IMG/VR virus record: IMGVR_UViG_3300045988_116487
Direction: 5' to 3' (one strand)
Source: a virus
Length of the DNA stretch: 18,759 nucleotides
The position numbers were made by a program, and so were the translations under genes. Positions 6,366-14,482 of this stretch are shown here, piece by piece (positions within the stretch are counted from its first letter, which is position 1; every line of letters starts with the position of its first letter). The notes under the pieces are model-generated. The model had not been told where the DNA came from, did no database searches, and saw only the letters and a program-made list of their open reading frames with translations.

Positions 6366-7933
6366 ACGAACGCAAGGAAATCGCCTACCGCGGCCTGAAA
6401 CTCCGCAAAGCATCAGATGGTGACGGGCGCAGCATCGAGGGCGTGGCCGTCCCGTTCGGTGACATCTACAACGACCCGTGGGACGGGGCGGAAACGTTCG
6501 ACCGTGACACCGTTTTCGAGAACGCCGACACGGCCAAGCTCTGCTACCAGCACGCCGAACTGATCGGCGCGATCACTTCGGCAGAGAACCGCGACGACGG
6601 GCTTCACATCGCCGCACGAATCGCTGACACCCAGCTTGGGCGCGATGCGGTGGCATTGATGGACGAAGGCGCGTTGGACTCGCTCAGCGTCGGATTCGTC
6701 CCGTTGGAGGACGAACGCGACGAAAACAACGTGACCCACCGCCGCCGCGTGCGCCTCCTGGAAGTGAGTTTGGTGAGCTGGCCCGCATACCAGAACGCCA
6801 AGGTGGAGAACCACCGCAACCTCAATACCGAGAACAGCCAGGAAAGGAACCACATGGAAAACGAAACCATCGAAAAGGTGCGCGCGGAACAGGCCGAACA
6901 GGCCGACGTGCTGCGCAGCATCCAGGCGAGCCTAGCCACCATGAACAACCATGGCAGCTCGAATCCCGCCGCATCCTACCGCAGCTACGGGCATCTGCTC
7001 AAGCAGCTCGCCAAGGGCGACGAACAGGCGCGCAACGACTACGAGCAGATCAGCAAGCGCGACTACACGGGCGGCGTGCTCGCCAACAGCGACCCGCAGC
7101 CGGTATGGATCAGCAACACGCTTCGCATCCTCGAACAGCGCCGCCGCATCACCAACCTCGTGTCACACGCCGCGCTGCCGTCCGAAGGCGAGACGCTGAG
7201 CTATCCCATCGTCACCGAGGACACCACCACCGTAAGCAAGCAGGCCAAGGAAGGCGACTACCTCCCCTATGGCGAGATCAAGATCGGGGCACGAACCGCG
7301 ACCATCGAAACCTACGGCGGCTACACGTCCCTGAGCCGCCAGGCCATCGAACGCGCCAGCGTGCCCTACTTGGACAAAACCCTTGAGGCGTTGGTCAAGG
7401 CGTACGCGCGCAACACCGAAGCCGCCACCCGCATCGCCCTCTACGGTGCCATCGGTGACGTGTCCGCCTCGGACAAAATCGACGCGGGCAAGGCATTGAC
7501 GGCGATGACCCCGAACGACTGGCTCGACATCATCATCGACGCGCGCCTTGAGGTTGAAGACCGCAACACATCATTGGACTATCTCGGCGTTTCCGGCGAC
7601 GTGTTCAAGGCCATCGCCCACCTGAGCGACGACGGCGACCGTTTCATGGACATCAGCGGCGGCGGCATCGACCGGCTCGGCAGCATCGACACGACCGACA
7701 TCACCGGTTCACTGCTTCGCGTGCCAGTGGTGCTCATGCCCGGCGCGGCCGCAGGAACCGCCGCGTTCCTCGACAAGGGAGCCGTGACCGTGTGGGAGAA
7801 CGGCAACAGCCCGTTCCAGCTCCAGGACGACAACGTACTCAACCTCACCAAAGACTTCAGCGTGTACGGCTACGCCGCGTTCGGCGTGACCTTGCCCGAA
7901 GGCATACTGCCCATCAAGTTCGCCAACGCCTGA
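6362..7933 (+). CDS. Prohead protease (S78/HK97-type) fused in frame to HK97-fold major capsid protein (523 aa)
   Basis: The N-terminal ~160 aa carry HK97-protease hallmarks (EGVAVPFG, CYQHAELIG, LDSLSVGF, LLEVSLVSWPAY). The remainder begins with a coiled-coil delta-like region (ETIEKVRAEQAEQADVLRS) and continues as a capsid-like sequence (ATIETYGGYTSLSRQAIERAS). There is no stop between the two parts. An internal SD-like gaaagga plus ATG lies at 6854. Confidence 0.9.
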   Translation: MNERKEIAYRGLKLRKASDGDGRSIEGVAVPFGDIYNDPWDGAETFDRDTVFENADTAKLCYQHAELIGAITSAENRDDGLHIAARIADTQLGRDAVALMDEGALDSLSVGFVPLEDERDENNVTHRRRVRLLEVSLVSWPAYQNAKVENHRNLNTENSQERNHMENETIEKVRAEQAEQADVLRSIQASLATMNNHGSSNPAASYRSYGHLLKQLAKGDEQARNDYEQISKRDYTGGVLANSDPQPVWISNTLRILEQRRRITNLVSHAALPSEGETLSYPIVTEDTTTVSKQAKEGDYLPYGEIKIGARTATIETYGGYTSLSRQAIERASVPYLDKTLEALVKAYARNTEAATRIALYGAIGDVSASDKIDAGKALTAMTPNDWLDIIIDARLEVEDRNTSLDYLGVSGDVFKAIAHLSDDGDRFMDISGGGIDRLGSIDTTDITGSLLRVPVVLMPGAAAGTAAFLDKGAVTVWENGNSPFQLQDDNVLNLTKDFSVYGYAAFGVTLPEGILPIKFANA

Positions 7934-7950
7934 CAGAAAGGAACCCGACC

Positions 7951-8190
7951 ATGGAATGGAAGACCAAACTACCCAACATCCCCGAAGACACGTATGGCCC
8001 CGCGTTCGAGCCGACCATCATCGCCGCGATCAATGAACTCCGCGCAGCCATCGGCGGCACGACGGCACCGGAGGCCACCACCGTTGACACGCTCGGCGGC
8101 GCGACCGACATCGGCAAGAACATTCTCAAGGCGCGTGACGCGGCGGCGGTGCGCACCCTGCTGAACGTGGCCGAGAAACCGGCGGCCTGA
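7951..8190 (+). CDS. Small head/neck-associated protein (79 aa), function unknown
   Basis: ATG 7951 with gaaagga upstream, inside tracked ORF 7792-8190. The position is directly after the capsid gene. Confidence 0.7.
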   Translation: MEWKTKLPNIPEDTYGPAFEPTIIAAINELRAAIGGTTAPEATTVDTLGGATDIGKNILKARDAAAVRTLLNVAEKPAA

Positions 8191-8513
8191 TGGCGGACGA
8201 CCCACTTCTGAATGAACTCGCAAGGCAGGCCGGAACGCTCGACACCGACGACCGTCCGGCCTTGGCCGCGAGGCTCCGCGCGGCACGCGCCTACCTCTCC
8301 CCGCACGTGGATGGCTACGGCATCCCGAAGGACGTGGTGGACGACTGCACGCTGTCGGTGGCTTTGGACTTGTGGCAGGCCAAGGACGCGAGAAACGGCA
8401 TCGTGGGAATCACGGACGGCGTGGAACCGTTCAGAATCCCCACCGACCCGTTGCGCACCGCTTGGCCGAAGCTCAGGGCGGCGGGCTTGCCCGCAGGATT
8501 GGGCATCGCATGA
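8190..8513 (+). CDS. Head-tail adaptor/connector candidate (107 aa)
   Basis: ATG 8190 overlaps the upstream TGA. Size, position and an acidic helical N-terminus resemble gp6-like head-tail connectors. The assignment is positional. Confidence 0.65.
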   Translation: MADDPLLNELARQAGTLDTDDRPALAARLRAARAYLSPHVDGYGIPKDVVDDCTLSVALDLWQAKDARNGIVGITDGVEPFRIPTDPLRTAWPKLRAAGLPAGLGIA

Positions 8514-8875
8514 GCCGAGTGGACGAACTCACCGAACAGCTCACGGAACGCATCACCGAAGCCGGGCACGGCCTGATCCTCCAAGTCACCACAGACCCGT
8601 CACTGGTCAAACCATCGCCGGGCAAGGTCAGCTTGGTCATCATGCCGCCTGACATCGCTTGGGACGGCTGGGAACTGGAACCAAACGTGACGTTCAAGAT
8701 TCTCGCGGTGGCGGGAACAGCGAACACGAACAAGCGCGGCTACGACCTGATCCTAGAAGCCATGGACATCATGCACCAGGCGGACGTGAACATGGCCACG
8801 GCCACTCCAGTCGGCTTCAACCTCGCGGGCGCGGGAACGCTCGCCGCATACGAAATCACACTCAACCCCATGTAA
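8510..8875 (+). CDS. Neck / tail-terminator-like protein (121 aa)
   Basis: ATG 8510 in an ATGA overlap with the previous gene, inside tracked ORF 8372-8875. The assignment is positional. Confidence 0.65.
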   Translation: MSRVDELTEQLTERITEAGHGLILQVTTDPSLVKPSPGKVSLVIMPPDIAWDGWELEPNVTFKILAVAGTANTNKRGYDLILEAMDIMHQADVNMATATPVGFNLAGAGTLAAYEITLNPM

Positions 8876-8891
8876 TCGAAAGGACACAATC

Positions 8892-9323
8892 ATGGCGGCA
8901 ATCAGAACATTGGGACCGGGCAAGCTCACCATCACCGACACGGGTAAGGGGCGCGACTTCAGCGCGCAGGTCACCAAGGTGCAATTGGCGGCGTCGAACA
9001 ACACCGACGACCCTATCAATTTCCTCGACGGCTCTCAGGACACCAGCACAAGCACCGATTGGACGCTTGAAGGCACCATCGTGGACGACTTCGACGCCGA
9101 CAACCTCAGCGCGTGGTGTTTCGACCACGCTGGCGAGCAGATGCCGTTCGAGTGGGTGCCGAACGCCAAGGGCAAGATCAAGTGGACGGGCAACGTGAAT
9201 GTGAGCGCCGTGAGCATCGGTGGCGACGTGAAAAGCAAGAACACCAACGATTTCAGTTTCCCCGTCACCGACCTCCGCCACGATGCCTACAGCGGAACCA
9301 TCACCGCGCAAGAAGGAAACTAG
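8892..9323 (+). CDS. Putative major tail (tube) protein (143 aa)
   Basis: Upstream RBS aaagga. The N-terminal LGPGKLTITDTGKGRDFSAQVTKVQL pattern and a beta-rich composition resemble small siphovirus tube proteins. No other tube candidate lies before the chaperone genes. Confidence 0.6.
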   Translation: MAAIRTLGPGKLTITDTGKGRDFSAQVTKVQLAASNNTDDPINFLDGSQDTSTSTDWTLEGTIVDDFDADNLSAWCFDHAGEQMPFEWVPNAKGKIKWTGNVNVSAVSIGGDVKSKNTNDFSFPVTDLRHDAYSGTITAQEGN

Positions 9324-9324
9324 C

Positions 9325-9708
9325 ATGGCCGCGACAGCCGCCTACGTGGTAGGCCAAAAACGGTTCGTGTCCACCATGCGCAAGGCGGGCGCGGACATGA
9401 AGGAACTCAAGGAAGTCAACCGGCAGGCCGCGAACATCGCATTGCCAGCGGTGCGCAATCTCGCGCCGCGCGGCAAGAACGGCAGGTTGGCTTCATCAAT
9501 CCGTGTCGGGGCGACACAGAAGGCCGGTGTCATCCGCGCGGGAAGCAAAAGCGTGCCCTATGCGGGCGTCATCAACTACGGGTGGCCAGCCCGGCGCATC
9601 AAGCCGCGCCTGTTCGTCAACAACGGCGTGGCCTCGACGGAAGGCGCGTGGCAGCGCGTCTACAGGCAATTCATCGATAAGACACTCAACGAAGTAAAGG
9701 GAGCCTAG
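9325..9708 (+). CDS. HK97 gp10-family neck/tail-completion protein (127 aa)
   Basis: ALPAVRNLAPRGKNGRLASSIRVG...VPYAGVINYGWP matches the gp10-family pattern (aP.dtG.Lr.Si ... Ya..vEfG). ATG 9325 lies 2 nt after the previous stop. Confidence 0.7.
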   Translation: MAATAAYVVGQKRFVSTMRKAGADMKELKEVNRQAANIALPAVRNLAPRGKNGRLASSIRVGATQKAGVIRAGSKSVPYAGVINYGWPARRIKPRLFVNNGVASTEGAWQRVYRQFIDKTLNEVKGA

Positions 9709-9711
9709 ATC

Positions 9712-9978
9712 ATGCAGATCGTGAAAGTCACCTACGCGGACGGCCGCACCGAGGAAACGCGACTCACGCCGCGCGCCCTGTGCCAGGCCGAGGAACACGC
9801 CCAGATCAACAAATGGGCGGCGGGCGACGCCAGCCGAATCCGCCAGTCCTACTATCTCGCGTTCATCGCCATGCGCAACGCCGGTCACACCACGCTCGGC
9901 TTCGACGAGTGGATGGACACCGTGGACGACATCGCGCTCGAACAGAAAGACCCGGAACCAGCAAACCCTACGCTCTGA
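9712..9978 (+). CDS. Tail assembly chaperone, G-like (88 aa)
   Basis: Small acidic protein directly upstream of the tape measure. It contains GFDEWMDTVDDI, typical of tail chaperones. An overlapping -1 frame is open through to 10145. Confidence 0.8.
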   Translation: MQIVKVTYADGRTEETRLTPRALCQAEEHAQINKWAAGDASRIRQSYYLAFIAMRNAGHTTLGFDEWMDTVDDIALEQKDPEPANPTL

Positions 9979-10145
9979 CCGCGTGGCCTGACGACTCGCT
10001 AGGCCGTCTCTCTTGCCTGCTGTCCCGCTATTTCGGCGGCACCCCGTGGGAGTGGAGGGAGAAGGCAAGCGAATTTGATTGGGCGACGGCGGTGGAGATA
10101 TTGCAGGACGAAACCGAACGAATGGAGGAAAACGATGGCTCATAG
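9712..10145 (+). CDS. Tail assembly chaperone frameshift product, GT-like: join(9712..9969, 9969..10145), about 144 aa
   Basis: The -1 frame (tracked ORF 9780-10145) is open across the end of G and stops 11 nt into the tape-measure gene. A_AAC_CCT at 9963-9969 is the only X_XXY_YYZ heptamer near the G stop. Confidence 0.6.
9963..9969 (+). promoter_or_regulatory. Candidate -1 programmed ribosomal frameshift heptamer A_AAC_CCT
   Basis: In the G frame the codons are gca AAC CCT. Slipping back one nt gives AAA CCC and then continues in the open -1 frame (YALTAWPDDS...). Confidence 0.5.
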
Positions 10146-12072
10146 CGCGATCATGTCGGTGCGCATCACCGGCAACAGTGACGACGCGGTGAAGGCGTTC
10201 CAGAAGGCCACCAGCAAGGCGGCGGCGTTCGGCAGCTTCATGGGCGGTGCCGCGTTGAAGGGCGTGACCGAGTTGTGGGACAAGCTCAAGGACTTCGGCG
10301 GCGCTGTCATCGACATGAGCGACAGCACCGACAAGTTCGTGCAGACCATGAACTTCGCGGGCATCGACACGTCGAACGTGGAGAAGGCGTCACAGGCGGC
10401 GCGCGACTACGCCGACCGCACCGTGTACGACCTCTCAACGATACAGAACACCACCGCCCAGTTGGCCGCGAACGGCATCAGCGACTACACCGGTTTGACC
10501 GAGGCGGCGGGCAACCTGAACGCCGTGGCGGGCGGCAACGCCGACACGTTCAAAAGCGTGGCGATGATGCTCACCCAGACGGCTGGCGCGGGCAAGCTCA
10601 CGACCGAGAACTGGAACCAGTTGGCCGACGCCATCCCCGGCGCTTCGGGCAAACTCCAGGAAGCCATGCTCAAGAACGGCGCGTACACGGGCAATTTCCG
10701 CGACGCGATGGAAAAGGGCGAGATATCGGCGGACGAGTTCAACAAGGCCATCATGGACTTGGGCATGAGCGACGTCGCCAAGGAAGCCGCATCGAGCACG
10801 AAGACCATGGAAGGCGCGTTGGGCAATCTGGAAGCCGCCATAACAGGCGGACTCACAGACGCGTTCGACCTGTTCAAACCCACGGTGACCGGAGCGCTCA
10901 CCGAAGCCGCCGACAGCGTGAGCGATTTCGCCGCGAAAGCCACCGGAGGATTGAAGCAGTTCACCGACTCCATAAGCAAGACTGGAGCGTTCCAATCCCT
11001 CGCGGACACCGTGAAGGCCGTGGGCGGCGCGCTCGGCTCGATGGGCCAGGCGTTCTCCGACATCGCCACCACGATAGCGCCCGGACTGCAAGGATTGTCC
11101 GACGCGGGAAGCATCGGCACGCAGTTGGGCGACGCGTTCAACGGCGCGGCCGGTATCATCCAGGCGGTGGCCGACAAGCTCACCCAGTTCGGTGATTGGG
11201 TCAGCGCGAACGCCGAACCCATCGCGGGCGCGCTGGTGGCCATCGGCGGCGGACTCGCCGCGTTCAAGGTGGCCAGCGCCATCAGCGCCGTGGTGGCCGC
11301 GTTGCAGGGCTTCAGCATCGCCGCGACCGCCGCCGAAGTGGCGCAATGGGCGTTGAACGTCGCCATGAACGCGAACCCAATCATGATCGTGGTCACCGCC
11401 ATAGGCGCGTTGGTGGCCGCGCTGGCGTGGTTCTTCACCCAAACCGAAACCGGGCGCAACATCTGGAGCCAGTTCACCGCGTTCATGGGCGGATGCGTGA
11501 ACAACATAATCGGTTTCTTCCAAGCGTTGCCCGGCAGAATCGGCGCGTTCTTCCAGAACGCGGCACAAGGCGCGCAGAACGCATGGAACGGCGTGGTCGG
11601 CTTCTTCTCCAGCATCCCAGGCCGTATCCTCTCCGCATTGGGCAACGTGGGCGGCCTGCTCGTGAACGCCGGCAAAAGCATCATAGACGGTTTCCTCCGG
11701 GGATTGAAAAGCGCATGGGACGGCGTGACCGGTTTCGTGGGAGGCATAGCCGACTGGATCACCTCGCACAAGGGGCCGATCAGCTACGACCGTCGCCTGC
11801 TGATCCCGCACGGCAAAGCCATCATGGCGGGCTTCGCCCAGGGACTTGAAACAGGTTTCCAAGGCAAGGTGAGGACCGCCATCGCATCCGTCAACACCAG
11901 CCTAGCGTCAACGAGCATGTCCGCCATGCTCAACGGAACACGGGCGGGCTTGGCGGGCACGACCGTGGGCAACAACTACGAGGGGCACATCGACGGCACC
12001 GTGGCGGACCCGGACGGCACCGCCAAGGCCATCCGCAAACTCCTAGCCGATTACGAGGGTGTGCGACGCTGA
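10135..12072 (+). CDS. Tape measure protein (645 aa)
   Basis: Long Ala/Gly-rich helical protein with a central hydrophobic block (IAGALVAIGGGLAAFKVASAISAVVAAL ... IMIVVTAIGALVAALAWFF). ATG 10135 is preceded by ggagga. It follows the chaperone pair. Confidence 0.9.
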   Translation: MAHSAIMSVRITGNSDDAVKAFQKATSKAAAFGSFMGGAALKGVTELWDKLKDFGGAVIDMSDSTDKFVQTMNFAGIDTSNVEKASQAARDYADRTVYDLSTIQNTTAQLAANGISDYTGLTEAAGNLNAVAGGNADTFKSVAMMLTQTAGAGKLTTENWNQLADAIPGASGKLQEAMLKNGAYTGNFRDAMEKGEISADEFNKAIMDLGMSDVAKEAASSTKTMEGALGNLEAAITGGLTDAFDLFKPTVTGALTEAADSVSDFAAKATGGLKQFTDSISKTGAFQSLADTVKAVGGALGSMGQAFSDIATTIAPGLQGLSDAGSIGTQLGDAFNGAAGIIQAVADKLTQFGDWVSANAEPIAGALVAIGGGLAAFKVASAISAVVAALQGFSIAATAAEVAQWALNVAMNANPIMIVVTAIGALVAALAWFFTQTETGRNIWSQFTAFMGGCVNNIIGFFQALPGRIGAFFQNAAQGAQNAWNGVVGFFSSIPGRILSALGNVGGLLVNAGKSIIDGFLRGLKSAWDGVTGFVGGIADWITSHKGPISYDRRLLIPHGKAIMAGFAQGLETGFQGKVRTAIASVNTSLASTSMSAMLNGTRAGLAGTTVGNNYEGHIDGTVADPDGTAKAIRKLLADYEGVRR

Positions 12073-13601
12073 TGGCACAACAACCATTCATGTACTTGGA
12101 CACCGGCGACGGGTGGAAGCCGGTCAACGACCATCGGCAGGACATCGCCGCGTTGGATGATTTCACGATTTCGTGGGGAGCCGACGACCCCGTGAGCCAA
12201 CCCGATCCGGCGGTGCTCACGTTCGACCTGATCGACCGGGCTGGCGACTTTGCCGGCAAGGCCGTCACATTGTCGGGCTCGCGCGCGCTGGTGCAACTCA
12301 GCGCGGAACCCACGTGGGACATGCTGCCCGACAGCATGGGCGCATGGGAGCGGATACGCGGCACCATCGCCCAACTGTACCAGCAATACGTGCCCACGGC
12401 TCCAGAAGCTCCGGGCGAGAACGTGCCCACCCTGTTCATCGGCACGATAGGCCATGGCGGCACCGTCACCGACTTGGGCAACAGGTGGCGCATCCATTTG
12501 ACCGCCACAAGCCTGATGGTCATGTGGGAACGCCTGCAATCACAAGGCCCCACCAGCGGTGAGGCGAAGCACGCGGGACGCCATTGGGTCGGCACCCCGG
12601 CCGCGCGGTTGGCGGAACTCAACAAGCGCGCCCAACAGGCGGGCGCTCCCATAGCCGAACCCCAATCGTTGCAATTGCCCCCGGCAGTCGCCACGTACAA
12701 GACCGACGATTACCCGTCGCAACTTGACTTGCTGTCGCGCATGTACGCGCACGTCATGCCCGCGCCCGCATGGTACGAGCATTACCAGGGTGAAACCATC
12801 ACCCTCCGCCCGCTGTCGTTGGCCGGATCGGTGCAGGTGCATGTGGGCGTGGATGGCATGCCGTACGTGCTCGTGGACGGCCAACACCGTGACACGTTGC
12901 CAGCGAATCTCGTGGCCGGCGATTTGGAACTGTCCATCATGGAGCCGGTCACGCAGGCCGTGGCCAAAACCAAACGCGCGAAGAACAACGACGGCGTGGT
13001 GGAATACGACGACATGGAAACCGTCTACACGGACATGAACCGTTTGCCCACCCGGCTCACGGACACGCAGAAAAGCGTCACGGCCGATTCGGACGCCGTG
13101 GCCGGCGACGACTCGGGCGGTTTGCACACGGGCGGCACGTTCGCCCCGTCCGACGCGCAACGGCAGGCGGCGGCATCGTGGATCGTCACGCACGACACCC
13201 GGCTGCGCAACGAGTCCATTAAGTTCATTGGAACGAACCTAGACCCGGTGTCGTTCCCGCACCTGTTCCGTCCCGAACCCTCCGGTCCCGTGCTTATCAC
13301 CGGCATACGTTTGAGCACGTTGAACGGCATGGACGGGCGACCGGCGTTCTCCGGCGCGTTCACGACCATCGGCGGGCGTATCACGTTCACCCACAAGCGG
13401 GGCATGACCCATGAAGCGACCATGTACCCGCTCGACTCCACAGCGAACACCGGCATGCGCTGGCAGGACTTCACGGACTGGCCGGCCACATTCGCGCAAT
13501 GCGTGTTCACGTTCGCGGAATTGACAGGGTTCACAGTTTTCGACAAACCGACAAGCACGACCGGCATCGACCGGCCGAACTGGGAAGGAAACCAAGAATG
13601 A
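12072..13601 (+). CDS. Minor tail protein (509 aa), distal-tail/baseplate candidate
   Basis: ATG 12072 overlaps the tape-measure TGA. It is the only large ORF between the tape measure and the fibre. The function is positional. Confidence 0.8.
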   Translation: MAQQPFMYLDTGDGWKPVNDHRQDIAALDDFTISWGADDPVSQPDPAVLTFDLIDRAGDFAGKAVTLSGSRALVQLSAEPTWDMLPDSMGAWERIRGTIAQLYQQYVPTAPEAPGENVPTLFIGTIGHGGTVTDLGNRWRIHLTATSLMVMWERLQSQGPTSGEAKHAGRHWVGTPAARLAELNKRAQQAGAPIAEPQSLQLPPAVATYKTDDYPSQLDLLSRMYAHVMPAPAWYEHYQGETITLRPLSLAGSVQVHVGVDGMPYVLVDGQHRDTLPANLVAGDLELSIMEPVTQAVAKTKRAKNNDGVVEYDDMETVYTDMNRLPTRLTDTQKSVTADSDAVAGDDSGGLHTGGTFAPSDAQRQAAASWIVTHDTRLRNESIKFIGTNLDPVSFPHLFRPEPSGPVLITGIRLSTLNGMDGRPAFSGAFTTIGGRITFTHKRGMTHEATMYPLDSTANTGMRWQDFTDWPATFAQCVFTFAELTGFTVFDKPTSTTGIDRPNWEGNQE

Positions 13602-14191
13602 AAACCACACCCACCTACGGCATCAGCTACATAGAAGGCAGCGACCTAGTATCGAACGCGGCCGCTGGTTTCAAAAAGGCGGCGGAAACCACGGAAGCCG
13701 CGTTGAAACTGGTGGACCAGCGTTCGACCATCGAGGGCGTGAAGCCCGCCATAGCGGGCACGCTCGCCACGCTCGCCACGATGAGAGGCGCCACCGGCCA
13801 AACCGGCTACGTGACCTCAGACGGCAATAACAACGGGCCTTACTGTTGGAACGGTTCGGCATGGGTGAAATACGCGCAGAACACGCAAATCAACTCATTG
13901 CAATCGCAGATCGCCGCGATAACACAGGGTTACGAGTCCGGCACCGTCACCCTCCAGACAACACAGTTGGGTGCGGCCTCGGTCAGGTTCGCCAAGCACA
14001 AGACCAAACCCAAGGCCGTGCTCGTAACCCGCGTCAGAAATAACCAAGACGGCGACGACAGAGCCAGAATCTTCAACCCGATAGTGTGGGATATCACCGC
14101 CACCGAGTTCCAAGTGCGTTTCTGGCGTCTGGACACGCACAACTGGGCCGAGTCCTGGCCGCTCACGTTCTCTTACCTAGCCATCTGGTGA
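13598..14191 (+). CDS. Tail fibre / receptor-binding protein, expressed variant A (197 aa)
   Basis: ATG 13598 in an ATGA overlap with the upstream gene. The N-terminal TYGISYIEGSD motif and GPYCWNGSAWVKY are common in actinophage fibre proteins. A short coiled coil (NTQINSLQSQIAAIT) follows, then an 84-aa C-terminal domain that starts just after inverted repeat IR-L. Confidence 0.85.
   Translation: MKTTPTYGISYIEGSDLVSNAAAGFKKAAETTEAALKLVDQRSTIEGVKPAIAGTLATLATMRGATGQTGYVTSDGNNNGPYCWNGSAWVKYAQNTQINSLQSQIAAITQGYESGTVTLQTTQLGAASVRFAKHKTKPKAVLVTRVRNNQDGDDRARIFNPIVWDITATEFQVRFWRLDTHNWAESWPLTFSYLAIW
13923..13942. repeat. IR-L: left inverted repeat / candidate recombination site inside the fibre gene
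   Basis: cacagggttacgagtccggc. The reverse complement of 14439-14458 is cacagggttatgagttcggc, giving 18/20 identity with the first 10 nt perfect. It encodes QGYESG in the fibre frame. Confidence 0.8.
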
Positions 14192-14192
14192 C

Positions 14193-14438
14193 CTACTTCC
14201 AGAGGGCGAGCCAGTAGAACTTCGTCGGCTGATTGGCGGCCCAGGCGTTGCTATCGTTCCTGCGGAACCTGACTTGAGCGCCATTATTGGTCAGCTCGTA
14301 CACCATTGGGCTCAGGAATCGGTCGAGATCATCGGACGGCGTTCTCGCCAGCATCACCAGCATTGCCTGAGGAGACGTGGAGTGTCGGACCCAATTGACG
14401 GTGGCCACACCGTTTTGATCGGTGCTTGCGTCGACCAC
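14193..14438 (-). CDS. Silent alternative fibre C-terminal cassette B (no ATG or RBS of its own; in-frame homology extends to 14456)
   Basis: The minus-strand frame reads SQGYEFGVVDASTDQNGVATVNWVRHSTSPQAMLVMLARTPSDDLDRFLSPMVYELTNNGAQVRFRRNDSNAWAANQPTKFYWLALWK. It aligns along its length with variant A (QGYESGTVTLQTTQLGAASVRFAKHKTKPKAVLVTRV...FQVRFWRLDTHNWAESWPLTFSYLAIW). Upstream in frame there is only a stop (14493-14495) and no ATG. The tracked M is a GTG inside the homology. Confidence 0.75.
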   Translation of the reverse strand: MVDASTDQNGVATVNWVRHSTSPQAMLVMLARTPSDDLDRFLSPMVYELTNNGAQVRFRRNDSNAWAANQPTKFYWLALWK

Positions 14439-14458
14439 GCCGAACTCATAACCCTGTG
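14439..14458. repeat. IR-R: right inverted repeat / candidate recombination site
   Basis: gccgaactcataaccctgtg on the plus strand, the inverted partner of 13923-13942. It lies 24 nt upstream of the next gene's ATG (14483) and leaves that gene's RBS outside the segment. Confidence 0.8.
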
Positions 14459-14482
14459 ATCCCGTCTCATTTGAAAGGAAAC

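Larger units (their letters stand above)
13923..14458. mobile_element. Putative invertible segment (phase-variable fibre C-terminus switch)
   Basis: Bounded by IR-L and IR-R. It contains two tail-to-tail homologous C-terminal cassettes whose stop codons are separated by 1 nt (14191/14193). Confidence 0.7.

Noticed and set aside
13524-13531. Direct-orientation 8-mer acagggtt shared with IR-L near the end of the 509-aa minor tail gene
   Set aside because: The match is too short, with no flanking similarity. Direct orientation would delete the fibre start. Treated as chance.
14016-14037. Third, inverted copy of the core gggttacgag (reverse complement of 14021-14030) inside cassette A, about 90 bp from IR-L
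   Set aside because: Only 10 nt plus cgg match. The flanks do not match. Recombination with IR-L would fuse the fibre to a nonsense antisense frame (GYEHGLGFGLVLGEPDRG...). Probably a chance GYE-codon coincidence.
13598-14458. Diversity-generating retroelement (template/variable repeat) as an explanation for the two related fibre C-termini
   Set aside because: No reverse transcriptase is encoded anywhere in the circle. The two cassettes differ at all base types rather than at adenine-specific positions. They are inverted and tail-to-tail with junction repeats, which fits site-specific inversion instead.
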